Below are positions 37,690-49,503 of a stretch of 64,000 nucleotides of DNA, piece after piece (the stretch's first letter is position 1; every line of letters starts with the position of its first letter). The stretch comes from Scyliorhinus canicula (Eukaryota). The stretch is taken from positions 62,001 to 126,000 of the forward strand of contig NW_024056012.1 in assembly GCF_902713615.1 (NCBI RefSeq). The letters are read 5' to 3'. Both the position numbers and the translations under genes were made by a program. The notes below the pieces were generated by a model that worked only from the letters and a program-made list of their open reading frames with translations, was not told the origin of the DNA and did no database searches.

Positions 37690-39150
37690 TCTCACTCAGT
37701 TCAGCAGTGAGCAGGTGCAGGATGGTCACATAACTTTAGACATTGAACCGTCGCAATTTGCGCTCCATCAGTCGCGCCTGCTCCTGATAACAACCACATA
37801 GCTCGACTAGTTTAGAGTCTGTAGTGTCCCCGGTCACAGTTTCCGATTGTTGATCTCGCTCTAACACCGTTGTGATATTGTAGAAATTGCTGTCGCTGCT
37901 CGATTCCTGTCATTGGTTTGGTCAGCCGTGCAGTGGGACCTGAATCTGTTTTTCTGCTCGGACAGATAATTTCCTGAGAGCAAATAATTCTGGAATTTAG
38001 GAAACCGCCTCTCAGCTCTCCTCATCACCGCGTCTCCTCACGGACCCCCCCCCCCCCCCCCCCCACTGTGTAACTTAATATTATTGTTAATTAAATAATA
38101 ATGATGATGGCGAGGTGGCCGTTATGTTGGCCAATATGAGGCTGATGTTGATTTTTGATTTTATTTTTTCTGTTGGTTTCTGTCAGACACCAGGACCCAG
38201 GGGAACATCGGGAAGGCTGAAATAAGGATTGAAGAGGACAGTGACGTCACACAACAGTTCCCAGTCAATACAATAGATCCTGACAGATACAGTCAGCCTC
38301 CGGGCACCCTGCACCGTTCATATTCCGTCAGATTGGAGAGGATCTGTGCAGCAGAAAGGTATAAATGATCGCAATATGACTTACATCCAGATAAATAACT
38401 GTATATAAGTATATACTGTAACCAACCCAGGCGCAGCACAGTTGAGCTTTCTGACCACAGGAAGAGGAAGGATCTATAATAGTGTACACAGTTCAATGTA
38501 GTAGCAGGAGCGCGGTACTGACGATCAGAACAGACTCTGTTCAGCTCAGCAGGGAACGTCAATCCTCTGACTGCCAGCGACACTCGGGTGAAAGGCAACG
38601 TCAGCAATACTGCCCCCGTGACAGTGCAGCAAAAATCTGCAAGGACGATACAAATACAAGGCTGTGGCGGTCCCGGGCGTTCATGACTTGTGGATTAATC
38701 CGAGGGACGGGAGCGTTGTAGCCCTGACCGTGAGCCGCACCCTTCTGAAGCAGGTCCCGTATCTGAGTGACTTGCAGCAGGCAAGGGATGAGTTTTCGAT
38801 CGAAAAACCGATTTTATACTGAAGCCTAAAGCAGGCACCATGGTCCAACATGATAATAATAATCGGGTTCCTCCGTGAGTCCTTTTTGAAATTCTTATTA
38901 AGAATTCCACGTGTTGAACACAACAGCAAAGTTTGACACTCTCTGTTTTCTTACAGGAACGTATGGGACAGAGACAACGGGCCTCTGCTCATCTGAGTTA
39001 ACGGATCTGGAAGATCAAACTATAACTTCCAGCTACATTATCTCCAGATCTGAGAGCTGTTATTACCGCTGCTGGTACCCGGGTATTCCAAGTTTTAATT
39101 TACCATGTACATCGGGCCTGGGGATGGGTCTCGTTATTTCCCAAATTGTT
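37690..39150 (+). pseudogene. Three V remnants in unit 1: V4-family (~37690-38370), V10-family (~38390-38658), V7-like (~38836-39150)
   Basis: YSQPPG..GSVQQKGINDR; dead RSS GACAGTG-23-ACAAATACA (38620-38658); MIIIIGFL|GTGAGT then GTYG..SSELTDLEDQTIT..WYPG. Confidence 0.65.
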
Positions 39151-39448
39151 CCTCTATAGACCTGAGGAAGGAGCTGCGCTCCGAAAGATAGTGATTCGAA
39201 ACAAACATGTTGAAGTTGAACCTGGTGCTGTCAGACATCTTAATGTGCTCACCCCAGTTCAATGCCAACATCATGACCTGTAGACGAACAGAGACACCAA
39301 TAAAACTTTATGAAAAGCAGACGTGACTGTGTTCGTGAATCCCCGTTCGAAAAATTCCCGCAGACAGGAAACTGAAAGCAGGTTTAGTGGAGCTGAAAAT
39401 ACTCGCTGAGGTTTTTGTACGGGGTTCTAGCTGCTTTCTAACGCTGTG

Positions 39449-40284
39449 CCTCATTGCACAGTAATAGACCGCCCCGTCATCCACACTGAGGCCGCTTATA
39501 GTGAGGTAACCGTTCTGTTTGGACTTGTCAGCAGCCGCCAGATATCGTCCTGAAACTTCATCTTCCTTCTGAGCTACGAATTTTCTAATAATCCAGATTG
39601 GTGGGTGTGCCGCTTTCTGCTGATACCATTGCATGGAATTCATATTGGAGTCTGTATATTCACAATGCAGCCGCACCGAATCCCCTTCTGACACGGTTTT
39701 TGTCATCGGTGATTGAGTTACTCGATCTGCGCTCAGCCCGCCTGTGAAGGGAGAGAAATTAAACATCTCTTATGTTTAAAACATAATTGATCCAATTTGT
39801 TTGTCCACGCGTGAGTTTGTGGAAACTCAACTCTACTCATCATGTGGATATTTCTGGTCGTTAATTATATTAAATGTTATTGCAATCTATCATTATGGCG
39901 GCACGGTAGCACAGTGGTTAGCACAGTCGATTCACAGCTCCAGGGTCCCAGGTTCGATTCCCGGCTTGGGTCACTGTCTGTGGGGAGTCTGCACGTTCTC
40001 CCCATGTCTGGGTCGGTTTCCTCCTGGTGCTCTGGTTTCCCCCCACAGTCCAAAGATGTGACCATGCTAAATTGCCCTTAGTGTCCAGAAAGGTACGGTG
40101 CGGTTACTGGGTCACAGGGATAGGGTGCAGGTGTGTGTTTGGGTAGGGTACGCATTCCAAGGGCTGGTGCAGACTCGGTGGGTTGAATGGACTGTAAATT
40201 CTATGAAACAACCATCTAATCTGTCATTATGAACATTATCCATTACTCACCGTCCAACAGCGCCGCCAGTATTAACAGAAACAT
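39449..40284 (-). CDS. TRAV/TRDV-like segment V5, apparently functional (leader 40284-40251, V exon 39741-39449)
   Basis: MFLLILAALLD|GTGAGT; DRVTQSP..VRLHC..QWYQQ..DGAVYYCAMR; RSS CACAGCG-23-ACAAAAACC (39448-39410); SINE ~39893-40205 in the intron. Confidence 0.92.
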
Positions 40285-41199
40285 GTCTGACTGCATCTGC
40301 ATCTCTCTGAGTGAATGGGACTGGGATGAGACAAAGATTGAGAGGAGAGAGGAAACCTCAATGTTCAGCTCAATGTTCCACCCACACACTGCAGGAGGCC
40401 AGGCCCATTGTGACATCACTCAGACTACGACGCCTATTGGTGTTCACGGCGCCGTCACGGAACTTCATCATCCCCATGTTTGAAGGTGGCGCCCCCTGGT
40501 GCCGGAGTAGCTTAATTCCTGTTGGAATGCAGCCACTGAATGGATTGAGGGCGTATTGATATAAACAAGAAGACACGAATGTTTCCCAGAAATCCAAACT
40601 GGATCTGCTACGAAACAGTTTTTATTACTGTTGATGTTTATGTCAGAAAGGGATATTAATCGATTAAATATTTGCTGGCCGTTACTTTCCAAATCCTGCA
40701 CAACAAATGTGTCAGGACGTTGACAAAGTGCGGATGTCATACATTTAAATGTTGCCAGGGACGAGGGCCGTTTATGCAAAAGACTCAGGGAACTTTCGCT
40801 TAATTTGCCTGTCACAAAGGAGGTAGAAGGAAGACTCATTTATTTTCTGAAAATATATGCCTTTCCGAAACCGTAGATCGTCTGTATTTGTCCCTATTAG
40901 CAACAGTTCCAATGACAAATCATCCCGATTTCGTGGAAAATATTACAGAGAATAATGTATTTATTCGTAGTATTCCGATTTGTTAACATCTAGAACAGGA
41001 CGTGTAAAATGATGACAGAAGATTCAATAGCAAATTTCAAAAGGGGATTGTCATAATGTGAAAAGGGAAAGCAATATGGAAGATTAGGGTACAAAGACGA
41101 TTGGGACAGCATTTTTAAATAGGCACGTGTATGGTAAACCGAATGCTCATTCCGTTCCCTCATTGTCTATAACTCTGGGCGATTCATGCCAGTTCTCCA

Positions 41200-42650
41200 C
41201 TAACTGTTCTCACTCACTTGAGCAGTGAGCAGGTGCAGGATGGTCACATAACTTTACAGATTCAACCGTCGCTGCTTCCGCTCCACCTGTCGCGTCTGCT
41301 CCTGATAACAACCACTTAGCTCGACTAGTTTAGAGTCTGTGGTGTCCCCGGTCACAGTTTCCGATTGTTGATCGCGCTCTGACACCATTGTGATATTATT
41401 GAAATTGCTGTCGCTGCTCGATTCCTGCATTGGTTTGGTCAGCCGTACAGTGGGACCTGAATCTGTTCTTTCTGCTCGGACAGATAATTTCCTGAGAGCA
41501 ACTAATTCAGGAACTATCGCGGCAACCGCCTCTCAGCTCTCCTCATCACCATCTCACTTCACGAAAACTCCCCCACTGTGCAACCTGATATTATTGTTAA
41601 ATAATAATGATGATGATGGGGTGGCCGTTGTGTTGCTCAATATGAGGCTGATGAATTCTGATTTTATTTTTTCTGTTGGTTTCTGTCAGACTGGAGCCAC
41701 CAGGACCCAGGGGAACATCGGGGAGGCTGAAATAAGGGTTGAAGAGGACAGTGACGTCACACAACAGTTCAGTCAATACAATAGATCCTGACCGATACAG
41801 TCAGCCTCCAGGCAGCCTGCATGGTTCATATTTAATCTCACTGGAGAGAATCTGCGCAGCAGAATGGGATAGATGATCTTACTATGACTTACATACAGAT
41901 ACATCCCTGTACATAAGTATATATTGTTACCGACCGAGGCACAGCACGGTTGAGCTGTCTGACCACAGGAAGAGGAAGGATCTACAATATTGTACACAGC
42001 TCAATGCAGCAGCAGGAGCGCGGTACTGACGATCAGAATAGGCTCTGCTTATTTCAGCAGAGACGGCCAATCCTCTGATTACCAGCGACATTCGGGTGAA
42101 AGACAGCGTCAGTAATGTTGCCCCCCCCCCCCCCCCCTCCCGTGACAGTGCAGCAAAAATCTGTGGGGACGATACAACTACAAGGCTGTGGTGGTCCCGG
42201 GCGTTCATTACTTGCAGATTAATCCGAGCGCCGCGAGTTTTATCGCCCTCGTCGTGAACCGCACCCCTCTGAAGCACGTCCCATATCTGGCCGACTCCCT
42301 CGCAGCAGGCAAGAGATGAGTTTTCGATCGAAAAATCGATGTTCTCGTGAAGCCTAAAGCAGATCCAAAAGGTTCTAACATGATAAAAAGAATCGGGTTG
42401 CTCCGTGAGTCCTTGTTGAAATTCTTATTTCAGCAGAGTTTGACACTGTTTTGTTACAGGAACGTACGGGAGACTCAGGGGCCTTGGGCTCATCTGAGTT
42501 AACACGTCGGTAAAAGCAAACTAGAATTTCCAGCTACATTATTTCCACACCTGAGAGCTGTTATTACCCCTGCTGGTACGCGGGCATTCCAATATTTAAT
42601 TTACCATCTCCATCGCGGCTGGAGATGAGTCTCGTGATTTCGCAAATTGC
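41200..42650 (+). pseudogene. Three V remnants in unit 2 (paralogues of 37690-39150)
   Basis: Same order; dead RSS GACAGTG-23-ACAACTACA (42144-42182). Confidence 0.65.
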
Positions 42651-42821
42651 TCCTCTGTTCACCCCGCAGAAGAGCAGTGGCACCGATAAATAGACCTGAC
42701 TGTGTTCGTGAATCCGGGATTAAACAATTCCCGCAGACAGGAGCAGGAAAGCAGATTCAGTGGAGCTGTGAATACTCGCTGAGGGTTTTGTACGGGGCAC
42801 CAGCTGCTCTTTAACGCTGTG

Positions 42822-43323
42822 CCTCATTGCACAGTAACAGACCGCCCCGTCCTCCACACTGAGGCCGCTTATATTGAGGTAACCATTCTGTTTAGACTCG
42901 TCAGCAGCCGCAAGATATCGTCCTGAAACCACATCTTCCTTCAGAACTAATACCTTGGTAATAATCCAGATTGGTGGCTGTGCCGCTTTCTGCTGATACC
43001 ATTGCATGTAATCCATGCTGGAGTCTGTATATTCACAATACAGCCGCACCGAACCCCCTTCTGACACTGTTTTTGTCACCGGTGATTGAGTTACTGGATT
43101 TGCGCTTAGCCCGCCTGCAAAGGGAGAGAAATTAAACATCAATAGTCGAAACATTTCTTTGTATATGTGTGAGTTTGTGGAAACTCAACTCTACTCATCA
43201 TGTGGATATTTTAGATCGTTAATTATATTAAATGTAATTCCAATCTATAACCTGCTAATCTGATTTTATGAACATTATCCATTACTTACCGTCCAACAAC
43301 GCCGCCATTATTAGCAGAAACAT
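42822..43323 (-). CDS. TRAV/TRDV-like segment V6, open (leader 43323-43290, V exon 43114-42822); Tyr-to-Cys change in AVCYC
   Basis: Paralogue of V5; RSS CACAGCG-23-ACAAAACCC (42821-42783). Confidence 0.88.
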
Positions 43324-46300
43324 GTCTGAATGATTCTCTATGAGTGGATGGGAATGGAATGAGCCAGAGGTTGAGAAGCAGAGGGAACCCGGGCTCTGTT
43401 CAGCTGAATGTTCCACTCACACAAGCCCATTGTGACATCACTCTGACAGCAACGCCTATTGGTTTTGACGATACCGTCACTGATCTTCAGCATCCCCATG
43501 TTTGAAGGTGGTGCCCTCTGGTGCCGGAGTAGTTTCATTCCTGTTGGAATGCCGCCACTGAATGGATTCAGGGTGTATTGAAATACACAAGAAGACACGA
43601 ATGTTTCCCAGAAATCTGAACTGGATCTGGTAGGAAACAGTTTTTACTGCTGTTGTTTATGTCAGAAATGGATGCTTAATCGATGAAATCTTTGCTGGCC
43701 GTTACTTTCCAAATCCGGTGGACGACAAATGAGAAGCAGTGTTAGGACGTTGGAGAAAGTGCGGATGTTATATATTAAAAGATTACCAGGGACGAGGGCA
43801 GTTTATGCAAAAGACCCAGTGAACTTTGGCTTCATTTGCTTGTCATAAAGGAGGTAGAAGGAAGACTCAATCGTTTTGCTGAAAAATATGCCATTTCGAA
43901 GCGTAGATCGTCTGTAATCGTTCCCATTAGCAGCAGTTCCAATGACAAATCATCCCGATTTCATGGAAAAATATGCTAAAGAATTATGTATTTATTCATA
44001 ACATTCCGATCTGTTACCATCTAGAACACGAGCCGTAAAATAATGAAAGAATATTCAATAGCAAATTTCAAAAGGTGATTGTCATAATGTGAAAAGGGAA
44101 AGCAATATGGAAGATTTGGGGTGCGAAAGACGATTGGGACAGCATTGTCAAATAGGCACGCGTACGGTAAGCCGAATGCTCATTCCGTTCCCTAATTTCC
44201 GATAATTCTGGGCGATTCATGCCAGCCCCCCACTAATTGTTCTCACTCACTTGAGCAGCGAGCAGGTGCAGGATGGTCACAGGACTCTCGAGATTGAACC
44301 GTCGCTATTTCCGCTCCGGCAACCCGCCTGCAGCTGATACCAGCCGCACAGTCTGACTAGTTTCGAGTCTGCGGTGTCCCGGGAGCAGCTTCCGTTTGCT
44401 GTTCCCATTTTCATTCTGAAACGATTGTGCTGTTAGGGACATTACTGTACATGACCCATTCGTGGCACCGGATAGGTCAGCAATGCTGTGATCAGGGAGT
44501 GCGTATTTCTGCTCCAGCTGATCACTTCCTCCACTGAAGAGGGATTAATTCAGATCCACTCCTCGACATGATCTGACTTCTCCGAAACGCTTTCCCTCAC
44601 TTTAAAACTCCAATATCCCCTGACTGATCTCTTTGCCCAAATATCACAGATTCTACTTGTTTGTCCAATAATCCCATTTCCCTCGAACCCGTGGGGCACT
44701 CCGTATTTCATTTCTATTTTTGTAATTTACCACAATTTCCTCTTCAGTTACCTCACTGCCTGCCTATTACCCCTCCTATTTAGACCGTAGACAGTTAGTA
44801 TGGCCAGTGAGAAGCTCTTCCCCTCAGAAACTCCGGAATTAGCAACACAACAAAGTCGGCTTTTTTCATCACTCCTTCCCCGGGATAGACTAACCCATAA
44901 AGGGGAATGTATATGCTCTTGACTTAAAAACACAATGACATTGATATTCCGCCTAAGAACGCTGAGATGCTTGTTTTTTAAGCATCGTTTCGTCCTCTAC
45001 ATTATATGAAACTAACCATATAAGAAATCGCATCGAGCGCAGATCAGTTGACCCTTCGATCCTTCAGTAAGATTACAGTTGATCAGATTGCGGCCGTCGG
45101 TCCAATTTCCTGCCTGCCCTTCAGAAACGGTAACTCGCTTGAAAATCAGAAGCTTCCGTCGAGATCAAAAGCAACCTCGTTTTTTTCAATCAGAGGCAGT
45201 TGAAAATATCCACCTTGAAAAAGTGTCCATGACGAAAAGTGAGAAAGCACAGTCCCTGAATTCAGTTTCTCGCTTTATCCTCAGGATCTTTTCGCCTGGT
45301 TTGGAACCATTTGCCAATGTTTCTGACAAGCTGCTGGGTCCAATTAAAGAATTATCTGTATTCAGTCATGCCTTATTAAAAACTTTAATTTACAATGAAA
45401 TGAGATATCGAAAGCTATCACTCGATTACAATAATGGTCTGTCTACCAATGTTTGCTTTGTGTGTGCCTGCAAGTGTGAATGTGTGTATATATGTGCATG
45501 TGAGTTTATATTTGTGTGAGAGAATGTATGTGTCTGTTTGAGTATGTGGTGCTTGTGTGTGTTGTATATGCGTGCGTGCATGTGTTCTTTATTGCCTTCC
45601 TTTTCGGTGTATGCGTCTGGAAGTGTTTATTTGTATGTCTCCACGGCTGTGCCCTGGCGTCTGCAGTTATGCTGCTTAACAAAACTTGATGCAAGACGGC
45701 GCTGCGAGATAATTTGGTGAAGGTTTTTCCAAGCAAACATTTTCAATGTATGTAAATTACTTCAACTAATCAAGCCATTGTGTGCACATTTTTAAATTCT
45801 GATCGTGCACATAATGTTTTTCACGTTATTAAGTTTGGAATTTTTAAAGGGCCATATCAAAACCAGGAATTGCTTCACTTTCAACCTCGTCAAATATTGC
45901 AAGAGATGGGATGAGAGAGGGGGAAAGAGTGAGCAAGGTAGAAGGCGAGACTGACAAAAAATGGAAGGTTCAGGGTGAGTGACAGAGAGAAAAGCACACG
46001 AAAAGAGAGCATAGGGGGAGAGTGTGAGAGAGAAAGATTTAAAGCAAAACTCTGAGCAGAAGGTCAAGAAAGAGAAAGATACCGAAATAGGTTTAGCCAC
46101 ACTGGGTAACGGTTACATATGTTACAACTGTAAGTGTGATCCTCTGCTTGAGTGTACGAAAGCGTTTCCATGTGCGTCTGCTGTGTGTGTAAGTGCATCG
46201 ATGGAAGGCCAACCTCAAGCGGATTAGCACGGAAAGAGCTTTGAGTGTTCATGCAGGAATACCAGCATCAATGATTGGTTTATCGTTAGTCCCATTTCTG

Positions 46301-46377
46301 AGAGAGCAGCCAATCCTCGGCAGCTGTCCCTCAGATTCACAATAAACGAAACATTCCCCGTTCTGCGTTCACTGTTT

Positions 46378-46550
46378 AATGACAATCGCTTATTGTCACA
46401 AGTAGGCTTCAAATGAATTTACTGTGAAAAACCCCTAGTCGCCACATTCCGGCGCCTGTTCGGGGAGGCTGGTACGGGAATTGAACCGTGCTGCTGGCCT
46501 GCCTTGGTCTGCTTTCAAAGCCAGCGATTTAGCCCTGTGCTAAACAGCCC
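46378..46550 (-). mobile_element. Second short SINE-like family (copies also ~20145-20280, 27705-27850, 52430-52570, 54378-54545)
   Basis: Recurring gctaaatcgctggctt..ggcgccggaatgtggcgactagggg..cacagtaacttcatt.aagcc.acttgtgacaataag. Confidence 0.75.
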
Positions 46551-46619
46551 AAATGTCAGTCTATAACATTCAGAATATTAAAAACATTCTGATTTGTTAG
46601 TTGAAATCTAACCCATCCA

Positions 46620-47045
46620 CCATATTTCTCCTATGTCCTTTCCCGATAACCATGGTCGTGCTGCCCGGTGAGTGGGTTGTTGAGTCGTTTCCATGTTCCA
46701 TTGTTTGCGTTTACTGTGACGGCTGTCACAGTTTGGTCTTTATTTCAGAATTATTTGGAACGGATGTAATGTCCCATAGATGATTCAGGAACGACAGACC
46801 GTAACACAAAACTGCAATTACTATACATCGGATAGCTAGCCCTACCTTTTTGGCACATTCGCTATTCTGCAGAAGCTCCGGGATACTTACTGAGAAGGTA
46901 TGGCAAGGGGCAGGGTGCGCGTTCTCCAGAATTCCAAGAGCGTTTATTTTGCTAATTTCGACCAGGACAAGGAAACAGTTCCTTTACATATTAGTTGGGC
47001 TTCTATCCCTGACTCTGCCGTGTATCTCTGTGGGCTGAGGTGCAT
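46620..47045 (+). pseudogene. TCR V pseudogene V8
   Basis: Leader ending GTGAGT ~46667, acceptor at 46748; VTQNCNY..DKETVPLHISWASIPDSAVYLCGLR with stops and frameshifts; no usable RSS. Confidence 0.75.
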
Positions 47046-47149
47046 TCAGTCCGTACAAATCCGGCAAGGCACTCTCATCCCCTCACACTGAATCGGATCA
47101 CGAACGTGAAGCTCAGATTCATATCGCAGATCAAACCCAATTTGTAAAA

Positions 47150-47440
47150 TAGCTGTCAGCAGAACCCAAACTGAGTGGCGTTGCCTGAGAAGGCAACGCT
47201 GTTGAGCATCAAACTGAGTCCTACACCAGATACACTGTAGAGGCCAGAAAGGTGTCTCTGGGAATGTGGATAACAGGGTAAAGGTGTGAGGGAGCTTCAG
47301 CATTGCTGTTCCACCACAAGCAGGAGAGTGCGCATGCGTCAGTGCTTCCGTCTGAGGAAAGTCAGACAACAGTCTATGTGACGTCAGTCTGTACTATCTG
47401 TGACGTCAGTCTGTCGATTCTATGTGACGTCAGAGGTACC
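47150..47440 (-). pseudogene. Orphan promoter, leader and intron start of the V10 family (no V exon seen)
   Basis: Three TGTGACGTCAG motifs and MLKLPHTF.. resemble 36400-36670 (MLNLPHS.., TGACGTCA x2). Confidence 0.55.
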
Positions 47441-47779
47441 CTGTTCCATGGAGCTGTTCCTAACATTAAACCCTGTTTTTAAAAAGAATAAAGAAAGAAA
47501 AGGTGTAGGAAAGAATAATTAACCGATACGTTTATTTCGAACTGCATCTACCTGTCATTTTAAAGATTCTATTTTGTTTGCTTTTTTCAGCCGCTTCTGG
47601 AACCGGTATCCTGACGTTTTCATTCAAAATGAGATTGGTTTGTTGGCAGTATTTGGTTTGAGAGGCTGACAGCGCTGCTCATATTATTGCCCGAGATTCT
47701 GTAGAACCCCCTAACAGACAGGAGTACTGAGCTACTGCCCAAGGTAAACGTACAGGGGTAAGACTGCTTTCCATCACAT

Positions 47780-48090
47780 TTCCCACAGACAAAATGCAGT
47801 AATAGATAATAGACGGCACAGTCAGTCAGCTGCCGCCCCTTGAAGCTTAAACTGGTGAATTTAGTAGAGGTCTCCAATTCTACCGTGAAATATAGTTTGG
47901 CCAAACTTTAATTTACCCACCCAGAATTCCTGCAGTGCAACTTCGCGCGCTGTGTATCTGGTGCTCTTGGTGCCAGAATAAATAATGAAGCTGATGTTGT
48001 ATCTACCTTTTTCAGTTTCCCCTTCTGCAACTGTCTTTAGATCTAAGGACAGCTGCTGACAAACAGAGCCTCCATGACCTAGATCTAAAT
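47780..48090 (-). pseudogene. Highly degenerate V-like remnant V9
   Basis: TSTKFTSLSFKGRQLTDCAVYY FR3-like motif; the rest is frameshifted. Confidence 0.5.
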
Positions 48091-49053
48091 CCATATTCAA
48101 ACAAGGAATTATCAGACCGGCGGGTGTTTAATATTCTGATTCATACCCTATTTTGGAAACTGGAGAAAATGCGGAAGGTGTTTAGCCTGTCAGAAATATT
48201 CCCACAATATCCTGATGCTACGTCACATTCTGCTCGCCATCCGCTCTGTCAAAGGAGTGTTGAGTATTTGAAGACACCGATCCTGATCCTACCATCAATA
48301 ATCTGCTGTAAGGTCTTAGGATTCTATCGCCTCACTGCTATTTGCTCGCTCTGCGGTTGTGAAACGGATGAATAGTGAAGTGACTGCGAGTGAAGAGAAA
48401 CATATCGGTCTCCGTCTCGGCTGCAGTGCCGTGGCCTTTTCGGGGGCTGGTTCTGTTGGAGGAGATGGGTGAGAAGAAAAACTTTCTTTAGACACTTTAA
48501 GACAGAAACCTTGGGTTATGAAAGCTGGTGGAAAATATGATAGATATAAAAAGACACCCCAAAAGGCCATGAACATCGAGGGAGATTGATGCATGGGGTG
48601 TGTTTTAACACTCGATGTTCTTAATTTGTAAATTTTAATCTTTTCATTAAAACAATCCGGACAACTAAAACACGCTGTTCATATAGAGTTTGTGCGCGGT
48701 CGTGATCAAAAGGATCGGTATACTAACGGGAAGACGGAGGAAAATGTCCACAATAAATCAGACAGACACAGAAATAACATCAAAAGGAAAAAAACGAGGT
48801 GACACCAGAAATTTATTTGTGACTCTCATTTTTATTATAGCTGTGAGCTGAAAGCGACTACTTTAATTCCCTAAGTGACACTTGCCTGGTTTTGTTGGGT
48901 GCCCCGTCTTGCTCTGAAATTATGAAAAGTCTCGTTGGCTTTCACTGTGGAGGTTGAATGTTTATCGGCCAGAGAACGCCCTCTGGTGGGCACTAACTGG
49001 AACTCTCAGTGTGGGGTTATTGTACGGCATCTGCTATATCTCTGTGCAGTGTG

Positions 49054-49503
49054 GGCAACATGGCACAGAAATACACAGCACAGTCGGAGAGAAGGGCCCC
49101 GGTGATAGTTAAAGGAACCGTTGTGTTTTCTTTATGCAAAACCGCCAATAACCTCGCTGGTAAATTTGGCGAAACATTTACATCCCCCGTGCTATATATT
49201 GCCATTAAATATTTTGGAGCTTTCCCGGGATACTGGATGTACCAGAACAGAGTTTGAAGAGCAGCTGTCGAGTATCTACAATCCAGTGTTACGTTCTGTC
49301 CTTCCAGAACCTTTCATTCAGATCGATCCTGGAACACTGCGTCTTCGCCATTTGTTCCTGTAACAAGACAAACAATGTTTCAAACGTCTGGGAGTGAATA
49401 TAGCATATGGAACATGTGCATGTGTGATATTGAATATTATAGGAAATATTTACTCACTGGGCAGGGGGATGAGAATCACCATAAAGCAATATGAGGAGAA
49501 CAT
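49054..49503 (-). pseudogene. TCR V segment V7 with a single in-frame TGA (49316-49314)
   Basis: Leader 49503-49458 MFSSYCFMVILIPLP|GTGAGT; V exon 49357-49054 VTLDC..FWYIQYPGKAP..DCAVYFCAMLP; RSS CACACTG-23-ACAATAACC (49053-49015). Confidence 0.88.

Larger units (their letters stand above)
37384..44500. repeat. Tandem duplication: units start at ~37384, ~40901 and ~43931 (third partial)
   Basis: c(a)gcagttcca.tgacaaatcatcccgatttc recurs at all three starts. Each full unit has three + V remnants and one - open V; the length difference is largely a SINE and a Penelope fragment. Confidence 0.9.

Noticed and set aside
45080-45520. 146-aa ORF and ISRE-like motifs near 45235-45275
   Set aside because: No homology recognised, the ORF ends in a TG microsatellite, and the motifs deviate from the IRF consensus.
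23007-49503. Assignment of the Vs to IgH, TAILV or NAR-TCR V classes, or specific gene names
   Set aside because: Motifs fit TRAV/TRDV better, but alpha versus delta and nomenclature need phylogeny and J/C context.
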